Origin: Vicugna vicugna
Lineage: Eukaryota
Assembly (NCBI GenBank): GCA_013265495.1
Contig: MU061579.1
Span: forward strand, 4,488,327-4,552,326
Direction: 5' to 3'
DNA length: 64,000 nt
The notes beneath the pieces are model-generated. The model saw only the letters and a program-made list of their open reading frames with translations, ran no database searches and was not told where the DNA came from. A program made the position numbers and the translations under genes. Every line of letters begins with the position of its first letter. Positions within the stretch are counted from its first letter, which is position 1. Below, in pieces: positions 24,993-37,042 of the stretch.

Positions 24993-25125
24993 GGTGAGGG
25001 CATAGCTTAGTGGTAGAGTGCCTGCCTAATGTGTACAGGGTCCTGGGTTCAATTCCCAGTACATCTGTTAAAAAACCTAATAAATAAATCTAATTGTTGC
25101 CCACTCAAAACGTTAAAAATAAAAG
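24993..25125 (+). mobile_element. tRNA-derived camelid SINE (vic-1-type)
   Basis: A box 'tagcttagtggtagag', B box 'gggttcaattccc', A-rich tail; homologous to 51580-51730. Confidence 0.85.
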
Positions 25126-25699
25126 GTTAATGGCTAGTTTTCTCTTTGCTTCTTTATGCAGAACACCATAGGTGCCAAAAAGTTATCCAAAATTTAACAT
25201 GCAACTAAAAATATCCTCTCTATAAGATCTAAGCTCCATCAAATGTGCATAAATTTAAAACAATTTTAAAGACAACTCATTTGAATGATCATGTTAAGGA
25301 AAAACTTGATAAACTAAATGGAAGTATCCTAGGAGGAAGGAAGCTCTCAAAATGGGAGTGATTTTTGATGATGATGTCATTCATCATTTTCCAATAAGTA
25401 ACACTAATTATTTGGACACTAAGTTCCTGGCTTCGTCAAAATTAAAACCTTATGTTCTGTCAGAGACATGGACTAAGCAGAGAGACGTTCATGCCCACAA
25501 CAGCTCAGCGGGCAAAATATGTCAAAATGTCAAATTGTGAAAGTGGTGTATAAATGTAAGAGGGAAATTGCCAGTCCTTGTGATTTTGTGGCCATCAGAT
25601 CACATTCGGTATGAGAGTTGACATTCAAGAGTTCACAAATCACATATGACACACAGAGATATCTTTATAAAATAATAGAAGACATCACCCATTACTAGA

Positions 25700-25930
25700 C
25701 CAGTGTTTCTTAATTCTTTTATTGCTCCCTTCCCAGGAGACTTCTTAAATATAGTTTTTTCCCCCAAATCATTGTCTCCCTTGAAATTTAGTACTACAGA
25801 GATACACCTGTTTATTTACTATATGTGCACCTCTGTTTTATACATTAAAAGAATAAGGGTTTTTTCCACAGACCCCTGACATAGGCAAATTTTGCCCCAT
25901 GAGGGCAATAAACATCCATTGCAAAAGCAT
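25700..25930. mobile_element. MER96-like hAT MITE
   Basis: Starts 'cagtgtttcttaa'; internal 'tttatttactatatgtgcacctctgttttatacattaaaagaataag' resembles MER96B. Confidence 0.6.
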
Positions 25931-26239
25931 TCATTGACAGATGAATGAATTAGTATTTGGAAAAAGAAAATTTTTTTCTTCAGATTCTAGAAAATCACCC
26001 TCTCCTTCAATTTATTTTAGCTAAGGATAACTTTCATTAAAAATCTCTTTCTCCAAAAATTCACATCTGATTAAATGTAAAACAGGTACTTCTGTTAGCT
26101 ATTGATTAGCTTGTTCCCTACAGTGTGCTGTTTGGAACACTTCCCTAGTCCCAATTTCAGTCCACAATCTGTACCATGGATGCCTCTCTACTAGTAGTAG
26201 TAGTGGTCCCACTACTACCTCTGCATTGATAGTTGTTAA

Positions 26240-27175
26240 TTCTATACTTGTGGCCCTAGAATCTTTCCAGGACTGGATATTTTACTGAATGCTGTATACA
26301 CCTTCATCTGAACAACCCACAGGTACCTTAGGGTGAAAATATACACTGCACTTCTCCTTCTATAAAACTTTTTTTTTAAATGAAAACTTCTTTCTTCCCT
26401 TATCTGCTGCTTCCATTTGTTCACTAATGTCTGTCGACTCCAGGATTATAATCTCACATTTATGATAATCGCTCATGTGTATTCTTTAGCACATCCTTCA
26501 CAGTATTCCCGGGTTAGATCAGCTCTCTTCCTCCCATGTCTACACTATTAAATAACTCTAACGTTGTCTCTCTGCCTCTAGTTTTGCCAAGTTAGCTCAG
26601 TCATTTTCACTGTAACTTGGATAATTTCACTAAAACAGAAATCTATCAATATGATTCCTTTTCTTTAGAATGACACCCCATTTCTCCAGAAATAATGTTA
26701 AGCCTGTTTAGCTGAGCATACAAACCTGACACTAGTCTGATATATCTAGCCTTATTTTTAGCCACTTCTGTCCAATGTTAAAGCCATATTAAGTTCATTA
26801 AGTGTGCTAATTTCTAAAATTACTCCATGGGGTTATCCTTTCCTGAGACTTTGTACCTGACTGCCAACCCCTGTTGGCCTCCTTAAATCAACCTCTCAAA
26901 CCTTCAAAATCCACTTCATGTCTCTGCTCTCCTAAAGACTTCCTGTACTCTCTGACTGGAGTTCATCAATCAACCTCAATTTGTGCTACTTTCATATTTA
27001 CTAGTGACTTCCAGCATGACAGTAATATTTTTCAAATATTTTTATATGTCTGCCTCTTTGATTAGGCTTGACAGCAATAATAATTTAATTCATTTTCAAA
27101 TCTGCCTCAACTGATTCAACTCAGTATATACTAAGTTGTGAATGAATGGAGAGATTGTCAATAAATGAATGAAAA
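26240..27175 (+). mobile_element. Decayed L2 fragments
   Basis: 'cacaggtaccttagggtgaaaat', 'aacgttgtctctctgcctctagttttgcc' and TGAA-repeat tail near 27140-27175. Confidence 0.5.
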
Positions 27176-29630
27176 AAGTTGATGGGAGGCAACATGGCTA
27201 GAATGAAAGAACTCAGGAAAATAAACCAGATAGCAAAAGTCACTAAAAGCTTCAAATTCAGTTTTTCAGATGCCAATAAAATTCATTTGGAAGAAATGAT
27301 GTTGTTTTCCATCAATAAGGTAAGACAGTCTCTGGGTATTCAAAAGGAAAAAAAAAAGTATGCTAATGATGAGGAATTAATCATGTTTTCCTAATGAGGA
27401 ACATAGTAACCTTGTAAATGTTTCTGTCCATAAGCCAATGAGCCATTTCACAAATTTTAACAGTGTATTTGCTGGTTTTCTGCATCCTTTTATCATATGC
27501 TTAACACCCATGTAAGCGAGATCCTTAAAAAAAAAAAAATGACATCCCCTAAAGATGTACTTGAAATAGTCAAGTAAAATCAAAGTATTTTCTATTTCCT
27601 AGAGTTAATTTTAGCATCTCATGTCACCCCAGAGATAAATGAGCTAATTTTCTGTAAAATCTATTATTAATCCTACCAATTATACATAAAACACCAAAAT
27701 GTCTGATATCATGCATTATCTATTTAAATTAGGATAAGTATCTCAGTCAAATAAAAAGGTCTTGCTTTTTCACTTGAAATTTGTCACTGGAGTACTTGGA
27801 CCTGATGGTATTTTTTCCTCTTAGCCAAAGTCTGTCTAAAACATATTTTCCCTAAGCCTCATTTTGATAGTTATGAGACATTTTGATTCTTCTTTTGGAA
27901 GTAAAAAATATCTAATGCCTGTCAAATCTCTAAAGCTTTAGTCTGGTGTGAGTTTTAGAAAAGAACAGACTCTCTAGGTGTACAGATGATTAATGAGAGA
28001 AGTCTGAGCACTGAAACACAGAGGCAAAAGAGGTTAACGGCATGTGTATGCTTAGCTGGAATATTATGGAGGAACTGGAAAATGTCAAATATTGAACAGA
28101 TACAAGATTAATTCAGGTCTCCTTGACAGTTATTTATATGGCATCTCTTAGGTATTAAAAAACACACAGAAGGCAAAAATGGAAAGTAAAGAGATAAAAT
28201 TTATAAACAAGATTAGTGATAAAGGGAAAAGGAGAAAATGTATATTAGTAGAATATATCAGAAGTTTCCTACCTAGATAATGTAAGTGGCTCACTTATTA
28301 TTTAGATCACACATCCTTCCATCAGCTCTGAATACAGAATCAGAAGAAATTTGAAGACAAAAGTTTAAAAAAAAACTGTTGTGTGAACATTACTCTGCAG
28401 TCTATGTGGTCTAATTAGTTTCAGTTCTTTTTATTTAATCTGAACGTCAAAATCTTTCACTCAACCAAATCTCTGTTTCACACATAACAAGAATCACTTT
28501 CATTCCCTTTGCCATCATGCCCTGAAAAGCTCTTCTCTGAAGAGTCTGAGTCATGAAGAAAAGCAAAGGAAAATGAACATTAGACTTTTGCCCAAAGTCC
28601 TGATTAATAATTTTGTTGAGATTTAGTATCACCATGCTCAATTACTCCTTCCATTTTGTGCTTCTCCATTTTTGCAAGAATTTATGTTCTCTAAACTCGT
28701 ATCTTCTTTCTGTTGTCCTTGTCTTTCTTGTTCTGTTTGTAGAAGTGAATCAAACAGACATGAACGTAGACAAATGTCAGGACATTTAAAAGTACATAAA
28801 AAAACCCCAAAACCAAAAAACAAACAAAACACCCTGAGATGTATAAGTAATTGATTAAGATAACTGTAGATGTGTGTGTAAATATATGTACGTATATACA
28901 CATATGTACATATATATACACACTTGTATATAGTAGTGACTCATGTAAAGCTTTTAAGCTATAGTTTATTTTCAAAATGTCAAATCAAATATGTTTCTTC
29001 CAGAATGCCATGGCTTACTGCTTACTTCATCCACTTTCGATATAAAAATAGTTTGTCTTGCAGAAGGTTATGGTGGGAAGTACAGTGGAGCTGTGTACGT
29101 AGGAAGGGTTAACAAAAATGCCCACTGTTCATAAGACTGAAAATGCATCCAAGGAAAAACAGGAAGATTGCAAGTAATTAGGCAGTCCAGGGTTGATTTC
29201 CTTCCTGTACCAAACAATCTAGATGATTTCTAAAATCTCCACAGCAAATGTGAACAAAATTATGAGGCAGAGAAAAAGATAAGAAATAATTAGACAAACA
29301 CATCTGCTAGTATACTGCAGCACAAAGTACCTTAAAGAGGTTCAAAGAAACTGAAACCAGTATGCAATATTAGGACTAAAGCAAAATGGAAGATGACTGA
29401 AATAAGACAGTGGATTGAATGTGAGTAATTAAACACAGGCATTACATGTTCATTTAACTTTTGGAAATTTTAAATATAAAAGATATTTATGTGAAAAATA
29501 TGAAATAAAATGCATCATTACATTAACTAATGAGATTAAATTATATTGAGATTCATTTTCTCTATTGATGACCTAATTGTTACCAGGTCCTTTACAGACT
29601 TTTGGACAGCAGTATCATAAAAATTAATAT

Positions 29631-30132
29631 TGTTCCCATAAGACTCTTAGGCAAGCAAATCGTTTTATAAAAGAGACGGCTTGTGCTTCAAAGAGAAGGT
29701 GGGAAAAAAATGCCAGCTCCCCGAGTGGAAGGGGCCAGGTGCTTTTATAACAAAAGGGAGGGTTTGCCTCATGGTCACTGATAATTTCCAGAAATCATCA
29801 AAACTCTTTGATCAGCATCAGGTGGCTCCATGGTGGCTGTCAGGATAGAGAGTCCTTCTGCAGAGGGGAGAAATACATGGGAATTTTCTGCAAGAGAGCA
29901 CAGGAACACATAGGGTTAAAATTTATAGTCGACCTCCTTCCTTGTCTTGGGGCACCTAGGTATACTCATTAGTGTAACAGAGATGAAGTTAATCTTTTAT
30001 TCTTGGGAACCTGATTTTTGTCTCTGGGATGCAAGCCCCCAGGGCCTTTGCTCTTGAGTTTGCAAGGCCTGTTTTGCCCAAGGCTGTCCCTCGTACTTTC
30101 CAAAATGGCTGTCCTCTTGTCTGCCTGCCTCA
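29631..30132 (-). mobile_element. ERV solo LTR
   Basis: TG...CA bounded GC-richer island, minus-strand TATAAAA (~29743), ends 'ccaaaatggctgtcctcttgtctgcctgcctca'. Confidence 0.65.
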
Positions 30133-30514
30133 TAATGAGTTAAAATGCTTCCAGTTTTACACTAGTTGGGACTGAAATTCATTGCATCATATCTGGAGCT
30201 GTTACACAGTATTAACTCAGAGGAAGGTAGGTGGATGATGTTGAAAATAGGGAGGCAATCTCATCCACTGAATTTTAAGTCAGATATGTAAACATGTAGT
30301 CCAAAAGTTATTTTCAGGAAAGTGAATTTCAGGCTAAGAAGAATGAAATTGTATCATCAATCATAAAGGGACTGAATATTGGAAAACTGAGTCACTGATC
30401 TAATTGTCGAATTTCTAGTGAAGAGGTCAATAATTAAATTTTCTTTTGTTATGTGGATAATTTGAAGCCAACAAAATACTAAATTTATACAATTAAATTG
30501 CCTTTGATTTTCTT

Positions 30515-32160
30515 AAAAACTACTTTACTGAGATATGATTACTGTGTAAAAAGCTGTACATACTTAACACATACAACTCAGTTTCAGTTTAGAGATAAGT
30601 AAACACCTGTTAAACCATCACCACCATAAAGACCATAAACATGTTCATCACCTCCCAACATTCCTTCCATCACCTTTCTTATTATATTTTGTGTGTGGTA
30701 AGAGCACTTGACATAATATTTACCTTCTTAACAAATTTTATATAATAAAATATTATTAGCTATAGGCACTATTCTATATAGTAGGTCTTCAGAATTTACC
30801 TTGCAAAACGGAAACTTTGTACCTTTGACCATCACCTCCCATTTCCCCATCCCTATGGACTCTAGCAAACACCATCTATTATTCTGTTTCTGAGTTTAAC
30901 TGATTTAGATTCTACAGATAGTGAGATCATATAATATTTGGATTTCTGCCTTTGGCTTATTTCACTTAGCAGAGTGTTCTCCAGGTTCATTCACATTCAT
31001 GTAAAAATAATTTCCTTCTTTTTTAAGGTTGAAAAATATTCTATTGCATGTATATCACATTTTCTTTATCCATCCATTGTTGGATATTTAGGTTATTTCT
31101 GTATCTTAGCTATTGTGAATGATGCTGCAATGAATATCAGAGTGCGGGTACCACTTCCAGATTCTGACTTCAATTCCTTTGACTAAATACCTAGAAGGAG
31201 GATTGCTGGATCACATGGTAGTTTAATTTTTAAAACATTTTTTAGGCACCACCATACATTTTCCATAATTGCTATAATAATCTATATTCCCACAAACAGT
31301 ATACCAGGGTCCTCTTTTTTCCATGTGCTAGCCAAAACTTGTTTTCTTTTCCTTTTCAAATAATGATCATCCTAACAGATGCGAGGTGATATTTACTAGC
31401 AGTTTTGATTTGGGTTTCCCTGCTGGCTGCATCCCTGATGATGTGCGTCTCTGTGATGCTGCAGAGCACCTTTTCATATACCTGTTGGCTATTTGTGTGT
31501 TTTCTTTGAATAAAAGTCTTTTCAGTTATTTGCCCATTTTAAAATCAAATTATTTGTTTTTTAGGTTTTTTAAATTTGTTTTGTTTTGCTATTAAATTGT
31601 ATCAGTTGCTTATATATTTTGAATATTAAGCCTTTATCAGATATGGTTTGCAAATATTTTCTCCCATTTTGTAGATTGCCTTTTCATTTTGTTGATTATT
31701 TCCTTTGTCATGTAGAAACTCTTTAGTCTGATGCAATCTCATTGTTAATTTTTGCTTTTGCTGCCTGTGCTTTTGGTGTCATATCCAAAAACTCATTGTC
31801 AAGACCAATGTTAAAGAGATCATGGATTTTCTGTGTATGATATAAGAAAAAGATCCAATTTTGTTCTTTGGCAAGTGGTATTCAGTTTTCACAACACCAT
31901 TTTTTTAAGAAACTGTTTTTTCTCCATCTTGTATTCTTGGCACCCTATTGAAGACTAGTTAAACATACGCATGAGTTTATTTCTGGGCTCTCACTTTTAT
32001 TCCATTGGTATACGTGTTTGTTTGCATGCCAGTACAATGGTATTGTAATTGTTCCAGCTGTATAATATAACCTTAAGTCAGTGTGATGCTTCCTGTTTTG
32101 TTCTTTCTCTAGATAGCTCCTTGGGTTCTTTTACAGTTCCATATAAATTTTAGGATTTTA
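30515..32160 (-). mobile_element. L1 (L1MA/MB-type) 3' UTR and ORF2 C-terminus, decayed
   Basis: Classic antisense L1 text, e.g. 'gattgctggatcacatggtagtt', 'gagcaccttttcatatacctgttggctatttgtgtg', 'ccatataaattttaggattt'. Confidence 0.9.
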
Positions 32161-33470
32161 AAGTCATCATCCAGAGGCACAGACTCAATAAAAGACTGAG
32201 ACATCATTAGAGGACCATCAAATACTTTCCCTCCTGCCACACCTCACCACCACTTTCCCAGAGGCCTATTTATAGCACTTCCTTCTACCCCATGCATCAT
32301 GTCCTGCTACCACGGGAAAATAACAAGGCATAGCAAAAGGCAAAAAGCATTACTTGAAGAAAGTGCAATCACCGGAGCGAGATATGATAGGATGTTGGAA
32401 TTATCAGACCAAGAATTTGGAACAACTATGATTAGGATGCTAAGGACTTCAATGGATAAAGTCCACTGTGTAGAATAGATAAGCAGTGTAAGCAGAGATG
32501 GAAACCTTAAGAGAGAACCTAAAAGAAACACTAGAGATAAAAACCACTGTAACATATTAAAAATGCTTTTCATGAGCTTATTAGTAGATTGGATGTGGCT
32601 TGAAAAAAATCTCTGAGCTAAAGGAGACATCAATAGATTCCTCAAAAACAAAAAAACAAAGTGAATCAAGACTGGAAAAAAATAGAACAGAATATTCAAA
32701 AGCTGTGTGATGACTAAAAAAAATGTAACATATGTACATAACAGCACACGAAAGAGAAGACATACAGAAAATAACAGAAGAAATATTTAAAACAATAATG
32801 GCTGAGAACTTTTCATATTAATGTCAGACACTAAATCACAGATCCAGGAAGCTCAGAGAACATCAGGAAGAATAGATGCAAAAAAAGCTATGCCAAGGTA
32901 TATTTTCAAATTACAGAAAATCAAAGATAAAAAAAAATTTCTTGAAAGTATATAGAAGGGAAAAACAGTTTACTTATAGAGAAACAAAGATAAGAATTGA
33001 GTCTAACTTCTCAGAAATCATGCAAGGATGAAGAAAGTGGAGAAAAATATTTAAGATGTTGAAAGAAAAAAAATCTACCAGCCTAGAAATCTGATCTCTG
33101 TAAAATTTTTCTTCAAAAGTGAAGGAAAAATAAAGACTTACTGAGAAAAACAAATATTGAGTGCATTTGTTGTCAGTAGATCTGCACTGCAAAAAAATGT
33201 TCAAAGAAATTGTTTAGAGAGAAAAAATACAGTATAGGTCAGAAACCAGAAACTCAGATCTACAAAAAGAAAGGAAGAGCATTTAAGTGATTTGTGTTGA
33301 TTATAATCTGTCATTGTATGTATCTTACTTAATCCTTGGTAAAAAATATACCACACTGATGAGTGACATTGACAAGGGGGGGAGGCTATGCATGTGTGGG
33401 CGGCAAGGGGTATGTGGGAAATTTCTGTATTTTGTTGTAAACCTAAAATTATTCTAAAAAATAGTTTAAA
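32161..33470 (+). mobile_element. Sense L1 (L1MC-like) fragment: ORF1 region joined to a short 3' end
   Basis: ORF1-type 'cagatccaggaagctcagagaacatcaggaagaatagatgc', 'tcttcaaaagtgaaggaaaaataaagact'; L1MC-like end 'ggaggctatgcatgtgtggg...aaacctaaaattattctaaaaaat'. Confidence 0.75.
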
Positions 33471-35465
33471 TATACCTTATCTTTGACCATTCTTTATAAA
33501 AACTCTACATTTTTACTTCTCTCCCAAACATTTTATGTTATTAATATTGCATTTTGCATCTTTTTATTATTACATGTTCATTAACAAATGATTGTAGGTA
33601 TAGATATGTTTAATACCCTTGTCTTCAAATTTTTGTATTAGAGTTAAAAGTGGCTTACACACCACCATTACAGTATTAGAGTATTCTGAATTTGACTGTA
33701 TACTTACCTTTTGCCAAAAGCTATCTATATACCTACTTCTGCTTGATCGATACTGCTATTGAAGTGCTCTATTAAATTTTTCAGATCAATCACTGTATTC
33801 TTCAGCTCCAGAATTTGGTTCTTTGTTATGCTTTCTATCTCTTTGTTAAATTTTAAATTTTGTTTATGTATTGGTTTCCTGATTTCGTTTAGTCATCTGT
33901 GTTCTCTCATAGCTCACTAAACTTAAGATGATTATTTTAAATTCTCTGCCAGGCTAATTTTTTTTCCCATCTTGCTGAGTTACAATCAATACGTTTTAAC
34001 AGGGATTCTATGGTTCAACCTCTTCAGTAACTGACAACCTTCATGCCACACAGAAATTCTGACCAGCAGCAAATCGACAGCAGATTTAAGCCGAATGAGG
34101 CCAAGGGCAGAGCCCTGGGGCCCATCACCGGAGCCCCAACACTAGCCGTTATGAATAAGCTGTTTTGCAGTATCTCTGCAAGAGCCGCCTGGCTCCCTTC
34201 CCGGGCTGGCCGCCTCCTTTTTGGTCTGCCTCGTCATTGTGTAAGTTCGTGAGAGTCGGAGCATTCTGCTTGATCTCCCAGGCATCCACGAAGGCCTTGG
34301 TAAAGCCGATGCCGTAGCGGGTTTTGGCAGAGCAGCCACCTCACTTCCAGCCCTGGTCCCGGTGGTACTGGCCTCGGTTCTCCTTGTCGCAGCCACAGTC
34401 GCTCAGGTTGCCCTGGGTACATACATCCCCATTTTGGGGATCAGCTCTTGGGGCTTTAATGTCTTCAGTTGGTGGTAGCGTATTTCCTTGATTCTTAGTG
34501 TTGCTTGAAGCCTTCCATTGCTGCTTTCACATTTGAGGAAGCAGTCCCCTTCTCTGGTCTTTACTGACTGGCTTCAGAAGAAAAAGACCATTTAGTCCAG
34601 CCAGAGACTCAAGGAATATCTTAGACTTTTTCTATGGATAAGAAAACTCTGCTCTATTCCTCTTTCTCCCTCTTGGGAGAGAAGTTTAAGGATTGTGTCT
34701 GTTTTCAATCCTGCAAAGCCAGCTGGATGCTGAGAAACTTGCACTGATTATTCCTAAGGCTGTGCTCGGAAGTGTCCCAGGTCTGTGCATCCTCCCAGTC
34801 TAATAGAGTCGAGCTTTATGCTCGTATCCCTGTGCCTTCTGGGGGGATCCATGTCTGTGGAAGCTTGTGCCACCCTCTGCAGGGGAGCATGGGGCACTGA
34901 CAAAGAGGGGCATGCCAAGTACTTGGGGTACATGCCAGCTAGTTGAAGGGGTGTACAGGTGAGGTCCTCTTGGGGTTCCTGGGTTGGCCTCTTCGTGGAA
35001 TCTGAGAGCCAGTTAGTAGAATCTGCAGCCAGTTACTGAGCTCCATGCTCAAGTTGCTGTGAGCCTCTGCCCCTTTCCCCTGCTCCCAGACTATTCAGTC
35101 ATGCCAGTCTCTCGGTTTTCTGGAAGGGGTGAGGAAAATTTAGATCTCTTGAGCAGCATTTTCCAGATCTGGGGAAGCAGGGAGATCACGTCACTCTCCC
35201 TTTTCTCCATGCAGAAATTGCGGGCTGGAGGTCTTCTTTGGCACAGAACTGTGCCAACTGGGGAGAGGCAACATGCAGGTAAAATGAAACTGTTCTTATC
35301 CTCTTCAGTATGTCTATTCTTGGATTTTTGGCTCCACTGAGATGCTGGAACCTCTTAGCTGGATACCTAGATGCCTATAAAAATTGGTGGTTGTTAAAAT
35401 TAGTGGTTTTGTCAGGATTTAAGTGCTGGAATCTCACAGAACACAATCTTATTGACATCACTTCT
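33471..35465 (-). mobile_element. L1 ORF1/5' UTR region, decayed; host of the WNT7A retrocopy
   Basis: 'cactgtattcttcagctccagaattt', 'gaagccttccattgctgctttcacatttgaggaagcagtc' and 5' end 'ttgacatcacttc' resemble old L1M 5' ends. Confidence 0.75.
33958..34421 (-). pseudogene. WNT7A: 5'-truncated processed pseudogene of WNT7A: 3' part of exon 3 (34217-34421), non-canonical downstream segment (33966-34216) and A8 tract
   Basis: Minus-strand translation from 34421: [67 protein letters not shown], versus recalled human WNT7[69 protein letters not shown] (54/68 identical by hand). TGG>TGA stop at 34341-34343. Residues QYHRD, GIGF and IKQNA favour WNT7A over WNT7B. Confidence 0.93.
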
Positions 35466-37014
35466 CTTCAACTTTCTTTTATTGATTCCATGTATATCAA
35501 ATGATTTCCTGGTAAAACTGTGGGTCCTCACGTAGCTTTGTCTATTGAGAGGGAACTCTTTTGTCAATTTCAAGTAAATATTTCAGTTCTTATAACAATC
35601 AGCTTTGTTTAACAGGTTTAAATACTAATCTAGGTGTTAGTTAATGTTAGTTTGCCCCTAATGAAACTGAATGATTCTCAGGTATCTGGGCAGGAAATGC
35701 TGACACTGAGAATCTACTACTAATAAAATAACTGAGAAAATGATTCCTGGTGTTTCTTGATAGTCAGGTCTACACAGCTCCTGTTTGGCAAAGCATAATT
35801 TAGCTTCCAAAATTTTGAAGCTCTGTGGATCACCAGTGAAAGGCTATATTTATGTACACAAACATTAAATATAGAAAGTCAACATTTTCAGTCTTTATTA
35901 TTTTATTTCCTGGCATAATCACATTTCTAATGAAATGGTATTCACAAATATTGGTACACACGGTACAGACAAATTAGAAAAAAACTTAAATTTTCATTCA
36001 CAGTTTGACTTCTTTTCATCAAACATATTATATAAATGTTTTATTTTAGGTATGCTGTGTTTCTTTGTATTCATAACATCATCACTCAAGATGCTAATTA
36101 CTATGGTGGACATTTATGTCATTAGAATGGCTTATAGTTTAACAGATTGTTATAAAATTGGATCTTATCCTTAAGCTCCAATGTCTGTATGGCTCTGATA
36201 ATTTTGAAAATGCCATCACCATTGTACCTAACCTGAGGAAATGAATAAATGACTATCTGCAGTCCTGGATTTATTTGTGCTTTTATATCGCTGAGGGCAT
36301 GGCTTTAGTATAGTTCACAGAATATGTCAAAGACTAATTGTGAAATATTTGGCTGTAAGGTGATTTGGATGTCCCTGATTAGACAATATTTGCATATGAG
36401 ATAATCAACTATTTTCAATCATAATTCGTGTATAAGTCCTCATTATTTAGGGTTGATGTTTGACTGGAATTATGCCTATGTGCTGGCATAATACCACTTT
36501 GAGCTCTTCCCATATTTATTCTGCACACTAGAAAAGGATATTAATTAACTGAAAGTTATTTTTTTGCATGTTTTAGATGTAAAGAAGCTTGCTCTACACA
36601 TTTGTTTATAAATATGTTAGATAACCATTTCATAGTTTTTTAAAATATGAGAGTCTTTTATTTACATCTATAGAATTGTTAAGATCATTCAGGTACTGAT
36701 ATTTTCTAAAAAGTCACCATACTTCTTCCTTAAATGAAATATTTTGGTTAAAGTTTCAGTGCCAAGTCATACCTATGTTCCTTTATGATTCTGTATGTGC
36801 ATGATTTTTTCTTTTCAATGTCAAGAGGAGTAAGATGTAGTTGACACGAAGGAATATCTGCCTAACTCACAAAAGCATGCCCATGAAAACAGCATGTCTC
36901 TGATATACCCTCATTGGGGAGCTACTCCTTCCTCACTGCAGCCTTGAGATTCTAATGTTGGAGAAGATTATAGTGCCTGCTTCCACGTGCAATGATTTTT
37001 GATCCAAGGAATAT

Positions 37015-37042
37015 ATCCATGATCCATGATCCATGATCCATG
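37015..37042. repeat. (ATCCATG)4 short tandem repeat
   Basis: Directly visible 7-mer repeat. Confidence 0.9.

Noticed and set aside
28743..28790. Possible terminal coding exon (VNQTDMNVDKCQDI*) after a strong pyrimidine tract
   Set aside because: Peptide not recognised and no linked upstream exons can be supported.
34142..34396. ORF-track peptide MAATRRTE... as a novel gene
   Set aside because: Mostly an off-frame reading of the WNT7A fragment; only its last 24 residues match the inferred alternative tail.
34217..34421. Functional WNT7A exon 3
   Set aside because: In-frame stop, 5' truncation without a splice acceptor, no donor, embedded in L1, and no other WNT exons in the window.
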